From assembly GCA_018651925.1 (NCBI GenBank), contig JABIDC010000003.1, positions 12,956 through 76,955 of the forward strand: 64,000 bases of DNA, written 5' to 3'. Origin of the DNA: an archaeon (GTDB taxonomy: Archaea > Nanobdellota > Nanobdellia > Pacearchaeales > GW2011-AR1). The notes beneath the pieces were generated by a model, which had not been told where the DNA came from, made no database searches, and worked only from the letters and a program-made list of their open reading frames with translations. Below are positions 28,272 to 38,030 of this stretch, piece by piece (positions within the stretch are counted from its first letter, which is position 1; each line of letters starts with the position of its first letter). Position numbers and translations under genes: made by a program.

Positions 28272-28914
28272 CTTCTGAATAATTATCTAAATCCTCAATA
28301 TTCCGAGGATAGAAGGGAACTCCTTCATTAATTGAAATCTTTGGGGCAAAATCAAATTCATAATCTTTTTTTAATTGATTAATAAATTCCGAATCAAGAT
28401 CGTAATCAAAAGAATAAATCATTACTTTTTTTTCATTTTGTCCCTTAAACAAACTTAAAATATGTGAAACAGTCTCACTTGCAAGTTCCTTTTCATTTTC
28501 ATTTGAATAGAAAAATAAAATGGTAATATAATCTTTAGAACAATTTTCAGAAAATTCCTTAACTAATTCAAAATGTCTATATTCTAAAATAGAATATAAT
28601 TTTTTTTGTTCCAAAACTCTTCTATCTTGTTTCCCAAATCTTTGTTCAAGTAATCCCATATTCTTCCCAACCTCATCCAACTTTTCTGAGGCCAAAAATA
28701 AAGAAGAATCATCACAACTTTCAAAAGCAGGATAATTTTCTAAAACATCAATAGATTCTCCAATTAAATTATTCTGATTCGCAATATATTGATAATTCAA
28801 ATATGAAACAGAATTAGCAATTACAAAAATTATTACAAAAATTAAAGTTGCTATAATAAATGCCCAAAACAACCTCAATACAACCGGCCTTTCAAAATCT
28901 CTGCTCATCTCCAA
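28261..28914 (-). CDS. membrane-anchored hypothetical protein
   Basis: 217 aa with a single N-terminal TM segment. Overlaps both flanking genes (10-11 nt each). Confidence 0.5.
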   Translation of the reverse strand: MEMSRDFERPVVLRLFWAFIIATLIFVIIFVIANSVSYLNYQYIANQNNLIGESIDVLENYPAFESCDDSSLFLASEKLDEVGKNMGLLEQRFGKQDRRVLEQKKLYSILEYRHFELVKEFSENCSKDYITILFFYSNENEKELASETVSHILSLFKGQNEKKVMIYSFDYDLDSEFINQLKKDYEFDFAPKISINEGVPFYPRNIEDLDNYSEDEN

Positions 28915-30164
28915 CCCACCTCTTTCTTAGATGAATAATAAAATATTGAAACAATCCACCAAAAGGTTTTCAAAATTGCAAATCCAATTAAAAATAAAGC
29001 CAAATTAAACCATAAAAATCCTTTAAATTTCATTTTTCTTTTTGCAAAATTCAAATAAAACAAAGTGATGAAAAAGAATAAAATTCCAATTAAAACAATT
29101 GGTTCACTAAAAATTTTAAATAAAAACCTTTGGAAAAACTCTCCCGTAAGATAAGAACTTATTTCAAGAAAACCATTAAATTGAAAATTCACAGATTGCA
29201 TAAAAATTAATTCTTTTTTAATTTCAGTCACAATTCTTGTAATAGAATAAAATGTAACTACCATCGATAAAAATACTGAAATCAATGCCATTGGCAAAAC
29301 AATTGTTCCGAGAACCCCCGTCTTGGGGCCAAACAAATGCTTATAATCCAAAAGATTCCCAATTTGTCCAGTATACCATCTTCTACGTTGAGTGTAAAGC
29401 TCCTTGAAAGATTTTGGACCTAATGTATGAATCACCGCTTCAGGAACATTCTCAATAATGTACCCATGTGTTTGAATTCTTAAAGCAACTTCCATGTCTT
29501 CAGTTAAAATATTCTCTGCGTATCCTCCATGCTTCAAAAAGAATTCTCTGCGATAAATAGAAAAAGCCCCAGGAGTAACATGGATAGAATTAATTGTTGC
29601 GAAAACTTTCCTTAAAAAAGTTCCAAGATAATATTCTATCTGTTGTATTCTTTGCCAAACAGATCTCGGCTTATATATTCCCATTGAAGGTGTAACAGAC
29701 ATAACCTTTTTATCATAAAACCTTGAAACCATCAATTTTACCGCATCGGGGTCAACAAAAGTATCTGCATCCATAGAAATAACAAGATCCAAATTACTTT
29801 TTGAAATACCAAAATTCAAAGCAGAACCTTTTCCCCCATTCTTTTTACTAAAAACTCTCACTCTTGGATGACTATATGAAACAAACTTTCTTGCAAGCTT
29901 TGCTGTATCATCAGTGCTTCCATCATCAACAACAATTATTTCCAAATTTTCTTTAGGATAATCAATTGCTAACGCAGACTTGATTGTTTTTTCAATACTT
30001 CTTGCTTCATTAAATGCAGGAATAATAATTGAAACAGTTTTATCATTGTCATAATTATACAAAATCTTTTTCTTGTTATAATTTTTCATGCTCAAAAGAT
30101 AAAATGAAAGAACAAACAAACCAAGATATCCAGAGATATAAACTAAAATAGAATGAAATCCCAT
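28905..30164 (-). CDS. family-2 glycosyltransferase, membrane-embedded processive type
   Basis: SIIIPAFNE, VVDDGSTDDT, MDADT, TEDME and QRRRWYTG (Q-x-x-RW) motifs, plus N- and C-terminal TM segments. Confidence 0.85.
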   Translation of the reverse strand: MGFHSILVYISGYLGLFVLSFYLLSMKNYNKKKILYNYDNDKTVSIIIPAFNEARSIEKTIKSALAIDYPKENLEIIVVDDGSTDDTAKLARKFVSYSHPRVRVFSKKNGGKGSALNFGISKSNLDLVISMDADTFVDPDAVKLMVSRFYDKKVMSVTPSMGIYKPRSVWQRIQQIEYYLGTFLRKVFATINSIHVTPGAFSIYRREFFLKHGGYAENILTEDMEVALRIQTHGYIIENVPEAVIHTLGPKSFKELYTQRRRWYTGQIGNLLDYKHLFGPKTGVLGTIVLPMALISVFLSMVVTFYSITRIVTEIKKELIFMQSVNFQFNGFLEISSYLTGEFFQRFLFKIFSEPIVLIGILFFFITLFYLNFAKRKMKFKGFLWFNLALFLIGFAILKTFWWIVSIFYYSSKKEVGWR

Positions 30165-30725
30165 TTATTCTTCATCTCCTTCGTTAATTTCATCTTCAAA
30201 AATAACATCTTTTTTCAAAGGATTATCTAAATCAACCTTAAAATAATCATAAAATTCCTCGGTTAAATTCAATTCATGAGTATGTCCTTCTTTTTTCTTT
30301 CTTATTAAATTCAAATCAACAAATTTCTTAATATGATCATAAGCCTTATTTCCACGAATCTTAATTAACACCGATTGTTTCATTGGTTGTTTAAATGCAA
30401 TAATTGCCAAAGTCTCTTGCTCCGCATTAGTAAATTCAACAGAACCAGTTGCAAGCTTATTGATTATATTTACATACTCTGAACGAACATCCATTTTCCA
30501 AAGCCCATTTTTTTCAACAATTTCCAATGCAGAATCTGTTTTTTCATATTTTTCTTTTAATTTAGATAAGGCCTCAGAAATTACCATTGGATTCAAATCA
30601 GATAAGGTAACTAATTCTGCCATTTTAAGAAATCTCCCAGAAACAAAAAAAATCGCTTCAATTAATTTAACATTTTCTTTTTCTTTTGTATTCTCAATTT
30701 CCTCGAAAGTCTTTCCACTAACCAT
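30165..30725 (-). CDS. scpB: segregation and condensation protein B (ScpB)-like
   Basis: 186 aa. IEAIFFVSGRFLKMAELV and QETLAIIAFKQPMKQSVLIKIRG winged-helix repeats. Acidic tail. Confidence 0.7.
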   Translation of the reverse strand: MVSGKTFEEIENTKEKENVKLIEAIFFVSGRFLKMAELVTLSDLNPMVISEALSKLKEKYEKTDSALEIVEKNGLWKMDVRSEYVNIINKLATGSVEFTNAEQETLAIIAFKQPMKQSVLIKIRGNKAYDHIKKFVDLNLIRKKKEGHTHELNLTEEFYDYFKVDLDNPLKKDVIFEDEINEGDEE

Positions 30726-30772
30726 GAAATAATAAAACTAAAATGACTTTAAAAAATATACTTCTAGATAAT

Positions 30773-31876
30773 TTAAACTCTAAATCTCAATACAGCGCCC
30801 ATCCCTGAAAGTTTCTGAAACTGATCTCCTTCTGTTGTTTCAGTAGAAATCATTTCTATTGTAGAACCAATATTTATTGCAGTATCTCTTAAATCTTTCA
30901 TTAAAGTTTTATCTAGTTCTCTTGACAAAAGCAAAATATCCACAGCCCCATATTGCAAAGCCTTTCTAATGCCCTCTTCATCATAGACAGCCAAATCAGG
31001 TTTTTCTCCCAATGTAGTAAAGAATTTTTCTAAAACCTTTTTCTCATGGATTATCTCTTGACTAGCCAAAATATCCTGCGCTTTCTCAACCAAATCCCTT
31101 AATCCCGCTTCAGAAGTGTCTCCAATATCAAGCCTTCCAATAACTCTCTCCTGTAATTGATTGGTCATATATTCTCCCTCCAAAAATTCATCTTTTGTTG
31201 GAATTGGGCCCCCAACTAAAACCCCTTTCAATCTCGGGTTCTCAAAAAAAGCATCTTTCATTTCTTCTGCAATTCGTTTATAAAAATCCCTAGTTAATCC
31301 CTCAGTAATTCGATGGAACCTCTGAGCAGATTGCCCACCCGCTTTAACTTTTCCCGGAATTCCAGAAGTCATCTTTGTAATTGTTTCAATTCTCTTTCCT
31401 TCAAGAACTCCAATTGTTGCTTCCTTCCTATCCATAACTAAAAGAGCAAAAATTTCATCAACTTCATTCATTGTTTGCAAAGGTTCCAAAACAAATTCTT
31501 TATCGCAACGATATAATCTAATTTTCAAAGGCATCGGGGGTTCAATTTCCCAAAGTTGCAAATCATCTTTTCCCTCTGTTTCAGAAACATTCCCACAAAA
31601 GATTGCCAACCCATGTTCAGGAGTTTTTTTTATTCCTTTAAGATGCCGAACAATTCTATCTAAAGCGTCAGTTACATTTTTTCGAGTGGCAGTAGATTTT
31701 ATATTCTTGGCAGTAGATTTTTCAGCTTCAAGTTGTTTTTGAACAGAATTCACATCATAACCTTCTGAAATATAAACTGTAATTAATTCAGTTTGCCTTC
31801 CCTTATATGCTTCAAGTTCTTCCAAAATATCCCCTAATTCAATTTTTGTTAAGATTGCCATATTAATTCGAAACAA
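30773..31876 (-). CDS. prf1: peptide chain release factor aRF1
   Basis: NIKS motif (TAKNIKSTATR) and GGQ motif (KAGGQSAQRF). An alternative start, MAILTK, lies at 31861. Confidence 0.9.
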   Translation of the reverse strand: MFRINMAILTKIELGDILEELEAYKGRQTELITVYISEGYDVNSVQKQLEAEKSTAKNIKSTATRKNVTDALDRIVRHLKGIKKTPEHGLAIFCGNVSETEGKDDLQLWEIEPPMPLKIRLYRCDKEFVLEPLQTMNEVDEIFALLVMDRKEATIGVLEGKRIETITKMTSGIPGKVKAGGQSAQRFHRITEGLTRDFYKRIAEEMKDAFFENPRLKGVLVGGPIPTKDEFLEGEYMTNQLQERVIGRLDIGDTSEAGLRDLVEKAQDILASQEIIHEKKVLEKFFTTLGEKPDLAVYDEEGIRKALQYGAVDILLLSRELDKTLMKDLRDTAINIGSTIEMISTETTEGDQFQKLSGMGAVLRFRV

Positions 31877-34211
31877 ACTCCACTTTAAAATCTTGACCTT
31901 CGATAATTTCCACTGCTCCAGTTACATTTCCCAAATCTTCCAACATTCCATTAAACAATTCAAAATCCTCTTTTTGCAAAACTAATTTAATTTCAGAATT
32001 CATTGACTTTTGAGCATTTGATTTTTCTTTCCGAATCTCTTCAAGAACCCGTACAAATCTATCAAACTTGTAAACTTCATTCAATTCCTTTTTAGAATTA
32101 AATTCTGGGACAGGCCAAGAACACAAATGAATAGATTTTCCTTTCTCAATTTTCTTAAAATGTTTTTGATAAACTTCTTCTGTAACAAATGGCACAATGG
32201 GAGCAAATAATTTTAACATTATTGATAATCCCTTATACAAAGCATATTGAGCAGATAATTTTTTATCTCCTTCTCCTTGATAAACTCGCTTTTTTACAAT
32301 TTCCAAATAATTATCGCAAAAATCGCTCCAAAAAAAGCCATCAATTTCTTGTTTTGCTTTTGAATATTCATAATTCATAAAATATTCTGTAACTCTCTCG
32401 ACCAACATTCCAACTTTTGTTAAAAAAATCTGATCAACCTCTTCCAGCTTCTTAGGACAAGCTTTTCCATCATAGTTTTCTAAATTCATAAAAACAAAAT
32501 TTGTTGCATTAAGAATTTTATTAATTAATTTTTTACCAGTAACCAAATCCTTTTCTTGATAATCTAAATCCATTCCTAATTTTGAACCAGCAGCCCAATA
32601 ACGAAGAGCGTCTGCACAATATTTTTTAATAACTTCTTCTGGACCAACAACATTTCCTTTTGATTTGCTCATCTTTTCTCCACCAAGAGAAACATTTCCA
32701 GAAATCACAATGTCTTTCCAAGGAATTTCTTCTTCAACTAAATAAGATTTAACAATTGTATAAAATGCCCATGTCCGAATAATATCATGTCCTTGCGGAC
32801 GAAGACTAAAAGGAAGTTTAATCTTACCCTTAACCAAATCAGAAGCAATTTGAGGAGTAACCGAACTCGTAGCCCAAGTATCTAAAACCATTTTTTCAGG
32901 AACAGCAATTTCCCCGCACTTACATTTCATTTCTTTTTGCAAAGGATCAACAGGCAAATCTTTTTCTTCAGGAAAAATTAATTCATTACATTTTTCACAT
33001 TCCCACGCAGGAATCGGAACACCAAAATGACGATTCCGGGAAATTGACCAATCCCATTCTAAGCCTTTAACCCAATTATCATATCTTTTATGCATAAATT
33101 CAGGATACCACTTAATCTTATTTCCTTGATCAATTAATTCTTGCTTTTTATCCATAATTCGAATAAACCATTGAGGAGTATTCACAAATTCTATCGGCGT
33201 TCCACATTTATCATGAACATTAACTGCATGAACCATTTCTTTTGTTTTCTTAATTTTTCCTGCAGATTCTAAATTTTCCAATATCTTTTTACGAGCATCC
33301 TTAACTTTTAATCCAGAATAATCCCCAAAATTAATTGTTCCATCTTTTTCAATAATTGTTTTCGCTTCCAACTTATGACGATTAATTGAATCCAAATCAA
33401 ATCGATCACCATAAGAACAGATCATTAAAACCCCGGTTCCCTTATCAATTTGAGCAGACTCATCTTCAAGAATCGGCACCTCAAAATCTAACAAAGGAAC
33501 TTTGACCTTTTTGCCAACTAAATCTTTATACCGCTCATCTTTAGGATTAACAAAAACCGCAACACAGGCAGGAAGCATTTCTGGACGAGTTGTAGCAATT
33601 AACAAATCCTTTCCCTCACATTCAAATTTTAAAGTTGAAAATTTTGTAGAAAATTCTTTGTCTTCTAATTCTGCTTGAGCAATTGAAGTTTGGCAATGAG
33701 GGCACCAGATAGTAGGAAAATTTTCCTTGTAAACATGACCTTTTTTATACAAATCTAAAAAAGATTTTTGTGAAACTTTCTGAGCTTGAGGATCAATCGT
33801 AGAATAAGTAAGATTATAATCACAACTAATTCCCAAATCCTTCCAATCTTTAATTGCTTCCGGGGTATAATCTTTCAAAAATTCCAAACACAATTTAACA
33901 AAATCTGCGCGACTCATTTTAATGCTTTTAATTTTCTTTGTTTTTTCAATCAACCTTTCAGTTGGAAGACCATTATCATCAGTTCCAAAAGGATAAAAAA
34001 TAGAACCCATTTTCATCCTCATAAATCGAACAATAAAATCCTGTTGAGAATAACCAAAAGCATGGCCAATATGCATCTTTCCGGAAATATTTGGAGGAGG
34101 AGTATCGACGGAATAAATTTCTTTAGATTTCAAATTTGTAGAATAGATTTTATTATCTTCCCAAAATTTTTGAATCTTACTTTCTATTTCATGAAAATCT
34201 GGTTTTGCCAT
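31863..34211 (-). CDS. valS: valyl-tRNA synthetase
   Basis: 782 aa class I enzyme. PPPNISGKMHIGHA (HIGH), FGTDDNGLPTE and KMSKSKGN (KMSKS). Size and motifs fit archaeal ValRS rather than Leu/IleRS. Confidence 0.85.
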   Translation of the reverse strand: MAKPDFHEIESKIQKFWEDNKIYSTNLKSKEIYSVDTPPPNISGKMHIGHAFGYSQQDFIVRFMRMKMGSIFYPFGTDDNGLPTERLIEKTKKIKSIKMSRADFVKLCLEFLKDYTPEAIKDWKDLGISCDYNLTYSTIDPQAQKVSQKSFLDLYKKGHVYKENFPTIWCPHCQTSIAQAELEDKEFSTKFSTLKFECEGKDLLIATTRPEMLPACVAVFVNPKDERYKDLVGKKVKVPLLDFEVPILEDESAQIDKGTGVLMICSYGDRFDLDSINRHKLEAKTIIEKDGTINFGDYSGLKVKDARKKILENLESAGKIKKTKEMVHAVNVHDKCGTPIEFVNTPQWFIRIMDKKQELIDQGNKIKWYPEFMHKRYDNWVKGLEWDWSISRNRHFGVPIPAWECEKCNELIFPEEKDLPVDPLQKEMKCKCGEIAVPEKMVLDTWATSSVTPQIASDLVKGKIKLPFSLRPQGHDIIRTWAFYTIVKSYLVEEEIPWKDIVISGNVSLGGEKMSKSKGNVVGPEEVIKKYCADALRYWAAGSKLGMDLDYQEKDLVTGKKLINKILNATNFVFMNLENYDGKACPKKLEEVDQIFLTKVGMLVERVTEYFMNYEYSKAKQEIDGFFWSDFCDNYLEIVKKRVYQGEGDKKLSAQYALYKGLSIMLKLFAPIVPFVTEEVYQKHFKKIEKGKSIHLCSWPVPEFNSKKELNEVYKFDRFVRVLEEIRKEKSNAQKSMNSEIKLVLQKEDFELFNGMLEDLGNVTGAVEIIEGQDFKVEFVSN

Positions 34212-34244
34212 AAAAATATACCGAAAACTACTTTTTAAAATTGA

Positions 34245-34655
34245 TTATGAAATGAATTTTCCAAATTTTTCTAAAAATTCTTTATTTTCTTCCTCTGTAA
34301 CTCCTTCGTCCCTTACCCAGTTAAACTTATATCCATCACCCTCGTATCTTGGAATCAAATGAAAATGAACATGTGATACTTCCTGTCCTGCAATCCAACG
34401 ATTATTTTGCATAACATTCAATCCATCAGCAATTTTCAAAATCCCCTTACTTACTTTTAAAATTCCCTCATTTAAATTACATAAATCTTCTTTCGTCATT
34501 TTATCAATCGTTTCGACATGTTTTTTCGGAATAACTAATATATGACCAACATTAACTGGCTCGATATCTAAAAAAGCAAAACAAAACTCATCTTCATAAA
34601 CTTTAGTTGAAGGAATCTCTCCCTTAATTATTTTACAAAACACACAATCTTCCAT
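34245..34655 (-). CDS. HIT-family (histidine triad) nucleotide hydrolase
   Basis: CVFCKI N-terminus and the triad HVHFHLIP. Confidence 0.9.
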   Translation of the reverse strand: MEDCVFCKIIKGEIPSTKVYEDEFCFAFLDIEPVNVGHILVIPKKHVETIDKMTKEDLCNLNEGILKVSKGILKIADGLNVMQNNRWIAGQEVSHVHFHLIPRYEGDGYKFNWVRDEGVTEEENKEFLEKFGKFIS

Positions 34656-34738
34656 GATAAATTTAACCCCCCAGATTATTTAAAATTTTTCAAAGAACCC
34701 ACAATAACTTTTAAAAACTTGAATTTTCTTAATTCAAC

Positions 34739-34894
34739 ATGGCACAAGACAATAAAATAAACATGCCCGCAGGATTTGGAGGACTTACTAGATTCTCTGA
34801 AGAATATTCAAGTTTTATAAATTTAAAACCCACTCACGTAATTATTTTTGTTGCATTAATTATTGCGTTTAGAATTTTTCTAGGATTTGCTTAA
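34739..34894 (+). CDS. secG: preprotein translocase subunit Sec61-beta (archaeal SecG)
   Basis: 51-aa ORF translated by hand; it is not in the supplied track: MAQDNKINMPAGFGGLTRFSEEYSSFINLKPTHVIIFVALIIAFRIFLGFA. It has the conserved GL.R(F/Y) box and a C-terminal TM anchor. Its stop abuts the nac start codon. Confidence 0.7.
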   Translation: MAQDNKINMPAGFGGLTRFSEEYSSFINLKPTHVIIFVALIIAFRIFLGFA

Positions 34895-35230
34895 ATGATG
34901 CCAGGACTTAACCCAAAAAAAATGCAGGCAGTTATGAAACAAATGGGAATGAGCCAGGAAGAAATTGACGCATTTAAAGTAACAATTGAAAGAAATGATG
35001 GAACTAGCATAATTTTTCATAATCCAAGCGTTACCAAAATAACAATGCAAGGACAAGATAATTATCAAATCTCAGGAGAAACAGAAGAAAGTTCAGGCGC
35101 AGTAACAATTTCAGAAGAAGACATAAACACAGTGGTTGAAAAAACTGGTTGCACAGAGGAACAAGCAGAAAAAGTTCTTGAAAACGTTAATGGGGATTTA
35201 GCAGAAGCAATCCTTGAACTAAGTGAATAA
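34895..35230 (+). CDS. nac: nascent polypeptide-associated complex protein (archaeal NAC)
   Basis: MMPGLNPKKMQAVMKQMGM N-terminus, NAC beta-barrel, and a C-terminal UBA domain (EEQAEKVLENVNGDLAEAILEL). Confidence 0.9.
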   Translation: MMPGLNPKKMQAVMKQMGMSQEEIDAFKVTIERNDGTSIIFHNPSVTKITMQGQDNYQISGETEESSGAVTISEEDINTVVEKTGCTEEQAEKVLENVNGDLAEAILELSE

Positions 35231-35232
35231 AA

Positions 35233-35541
35233 TTAATCTTTAACAAAATCTTCCCTATTTGGTTCTTTTAACCTAAATCTTTTTGGCAAAATAGCATAAT
35301 TAATTTCTGGAATTATATCTGACCCTTCTTCCTCCTTCGGAACACTAGTAAAATCAAAAAAACTTCCTGAAGGAATTAATTTTGAAACCAACCCTACTCT
35401 CTCCGCAGAAACCCTTGTTCCATCAGAAACAGCATAATTAAAATCTTGAGCAAAAACATTTCCAACATATGCTCCAGCAACACAAGCCAACCCAAGAACA
35501 ACCATTCTTACATTAGGGAAATATTCTTTCATAAAAAACAA
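35233..35541 (-). CDS. hypothetical exported/anchored protein
   Basis: 102 aa with an N-terminal hydrophobic segment VVLGLACVAGAYVG. Confidence 0.45.
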   Translation of the reverse strand: MFFMKEYFPNVRMVVLGLACVAGAYVGNVFAQDFNYAVSDGTRVSAERVGLVSKLIPSGSFFDFTSVPKEEEGSDIIPEINYAILPKRFRLKEPNREDFVKD

Positions 35542-35635
35542 AAAAATTCCAAACTAATAAACTTTATTGTCATCACCAATATCCTTATTAATCCGTATTT
35601 TATTCTAATCTTACAAAATAAAGAGAATTTCTCAA

Positions 35636-36112
35636 ATGAATAAATTTCTAGATAACATTAATACCGCTGAAAAAAATATTAAAACAGCAGACCATTTAAT
35701 TTACTCTAGTTTTCCACTTCTAAAAGATAAAAGAATTCTGATAAAAGCCATTAAAGAAATAAATTTAGCAATGAATCATTTAATTAATTCAATCCTTCAA
35801 TATGAATTTTTAAAGAAAAAAGTAAAACTGTTCAAAGATCCAAGAAAAAATTTCAAAACATTTGTAGAAGATTGTGCAGAAGAATATGGAATAACCAACG
35901 AAGAAATCACAAAAATAATTCAAACCTCTGAAATTGCAAAAAAGCAAAAAGAAAGTCCAATGGAATTTATTCGGAACAAAAAAGTAATAATTTTCTCTAC
36001 AGAAATGGACCCCACACAAATAGAAATTGAAGAAATTAAAGAATTATTATTGACAACAAAGAATTTTCTCAAGAAAACAAAAGACAAAATGAAATTGTTA
36101 TTTACTCCTTAA
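35636..36112 (+). CDS. hypothetical helical protein (tandem paralogue 1)
   Basis: 158 aa. Shares ADHL(I/L)Y-x-S near the N-terminus and a (M/G)EF-x-(R/K)N...IF block with 36169..36609. Confidence 0.55.
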   Translation: MNKFLDNINTAEKNIKTADHLIYSSFPLLKDKRILIKAIKEINLAMNHLINSILQYEFLKKKVKLFKDPRKNFKTFVEDCAEEYGITNEEITKIIQTSEIAKKQKESPMEFIRNKKVIIFSTEMDPTQIEIEEIKELLLTTKNFLKKTKDKMKLLFTP

Positions 36113-36168
36113 ATGGGATAAATATAAAAAGGCTTTTATACTCTCTAATAGTACTTCTCAGAGGAAAT

Positions 36169-36609
36169 ATGGAAGAAATTATTAAAGAAAAAATTAGTGC
36201 AGACCATTTATTGTATGTAAGTTTAAAGTATACAAAAACATGCGACGTAATTATGAATCTAATTCTACGCTGGACCGAAATGATAAGTGTTAGCATTGAT
36301 GCTTTATTAGAAAAAGCGAAAAAGAAAAAGAAAATAAAAATTATTCCAGAAAGTCCCATGGAAAAAGTTGAAGCAATAAAAAAAGTTTTCAAAGATGATC
36401 CAGAATTTTTAGAAGTAATTGAGTTATATGAAATGTTTAGAAAAACTCCTGATCTAAGAAAAGAAAGAATTGGAGAATTTAGAAAAAATGTAAATTTAAG
36501 AATCTTTTATCGTGGAGAAGAAGTCAATGTTAATCTTGAACAATTAAAAATTTATGCAGAAATTTTGGAAAAATTTATAAACACTACAAAACAATTTCTT
36601 CTAGCGTAA
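36169..36609 (+). CDS. hypothetical helical protein (tandem paralogue 2)
   Basis: 146 aa. See 35636..36112. Confidence 0.55.
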   Translation: MEEIIKEKISADHLLYVSLKYTKTCDVIMNLILRWTEMISVSIDALLEKAKKKKKIKIIPESPMEKVEAIKKVFKDDPEFLEVIELYEMFRKTPDLRKERIGEFRKNVNLRIFYRGEEVNVNLEQLKIYAEILEKFINTTKQFLLA

Positions 36610-36642
36610 GATAAAAGTAAATATTATCTAAGTCTATATAAA

Positions 36643-37419
36643 ATGAAAAAAGTTATAGTGATTACATCTGGAAAAGGAGGAGTTGGGAAGACAACTACAT
36701 CAATTAACCTCGGTGCGGCAATAAATTATTTTGGAAAAGAAGCACTAGTAATTGATGCTAATTTAAGCACTCCAAACGTAGGAATTCACCTAAATTCCCC
36801 GGAAGTGCCAATAAATTTAAACCATGTTTTATCTAAAAAAGCAGATGTTTCTGAAGCAGTTTATGAACATGAATCTGGCCTTAAAATTTTACCTTCTTCA
36901 CTTTCAATTAATGAACTAGAAAAAATTAAACCAGAAAAAATGAAAGATTTTAAAGAAGATTTTAAAGAAATTGCGGAATATGTAATTATTGATTCTGCAG
37001 CAGGACTTGGAATTGAAGCAAAAGCAGTAATAGAAATGTCTGATGAATTGATTCTTGTTACAAACCCCGAGATACCTGCAATTGCGGATGCATTAAAAAC
37101 AATAAAACTAGCAGAAAAATTGAAAAAAAATGTTCTCGGAATAATAATCACGAGAGTTAAAAGAAATAAAACAGAAATGCAACCAGAAACAGTAAAGGAA
37201 ATGTTAGAAGTTCCAATCCTTGGAATGATTCCCGAGGACATCACAATTCAGAAATCCTTAAGTGAAAGAGATGCCGTAATCCACACAGATCCAAAAAGTA
37301 AATCTGCTAGAGCATATAAAGAAATCGCAGCAAATTTAATTGGGGTCGAATATGACTCTGATCAAGATAGAGAAAGAAGACTAAAAAGACTTCTTCAAAA
37401 ATTAGGATTAGTGGCTTAA
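36643..37419 (+). CDS. minD: MinD/ParA-family P-loop ATPase
   Basis: Deviant Walker A VITSGKGGVGKTT and Walker B VIIDSAAG. Confidence 0.85.
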   Translation: MKKVIVITSGKGGVGKTTTSINLGAAINYFGKEALVIDANLSTPNVGIHLNSPEVPINLNHVLSKKADVSEAVYEHESGLKILPSSLSINELEKIKPEKMKDFKEDFKEIAEYVIIDSAAGLGIEAKAVIEMSDELILVTNPEIPAIADALKTIKLAEKLKKNVLGIIITRVKRNKTEMQPETVKEMLEVPILGMIPEDITIQKSLSERDAVIHTDPKSKSARAYKEIAANLIGVEYDSDQDRERRLKRLLQKLGLVA

Positions 37420-38030
37420 AGTTTTAATTTCTCTTCAATTTCTTTAGCAACTTCTTCGACATTTTTACTTCCATCAACCCGAATAACTTTCTTTCCAAAA
37501 AAATTTATTACTGGCTGTGTTTTTTTCTTATACAATTTCAACCTTTGCAATATTGCAGCCTCATTATCATCTTCTCGAACAAATAATTCATCAGAACATT
37601 TATCACAAATTCCTTCTTTATGAGGAGGATTAGTTTTTAAATTAAAAATTGCTCCGCAGTTTCCACAATTCAATCGATTAGTTAGCCTATCCACAACAAT
37701 TTTATCTTCAATATAAATTTCAACAATTAAATCCACACCAATTTCTTTTTCCAAAATTCTTGCTTGAACTAAATCTCTAGGATAGCCATCTAAAATAAAT
37801 CCATTTTTACAATCCTCTTTCCGAAGTCTTTCCATTAAGACTTCAAGCATTAATTCATCTCCAACCATATTTCCCTCATCAATTAAAGAATGAATCTTTT
37901 TTCCCAATTTCCCTTTTACATGCCTCAACAAATCCCCAGTAGAAACATGACAAATATTTAATTTTTGGGAGATAATTCTTGCTTGAGTTCCTTTTCCAGA
38001 ACCTTGTTTACCGATAAAAACTAATTTCAT
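37416..38030 (-). CDS. adk: adenylate kinase (long form with zinc-ribbon lid)
   Basis: GKQGSGKGTQ P-loop, FILDGYPR, and lid CGNCGAIF...CDKC. Confidence 0.9.
   Translation of the reverse strand: MKLVFIGKQGSGKGTQARIISQKLNICHVSTGDLLRHVKGKLGKKIHSLIDEGNMVGDELMLEVLMERLRKEDCKNGFILDGYPRDLVQARILEKEIGVDLIVEIYIEDKIVVDRLTNRLNCGNCGAIFNLKTNPPHKEGICDKCSDELFVREDDNEAAILQRLKLYKKKTQPVINFFGKKVIRVDGSKNVEEVAKEIEEKLKL

Noticed and set aside
36102-36392. 96-aa minus-strand ORF across the spacer between the tandem paralogues
   Set aside because: It is antisense to two co-oriented genes, hydrophobic and low-complexity, with no plausible promoter.
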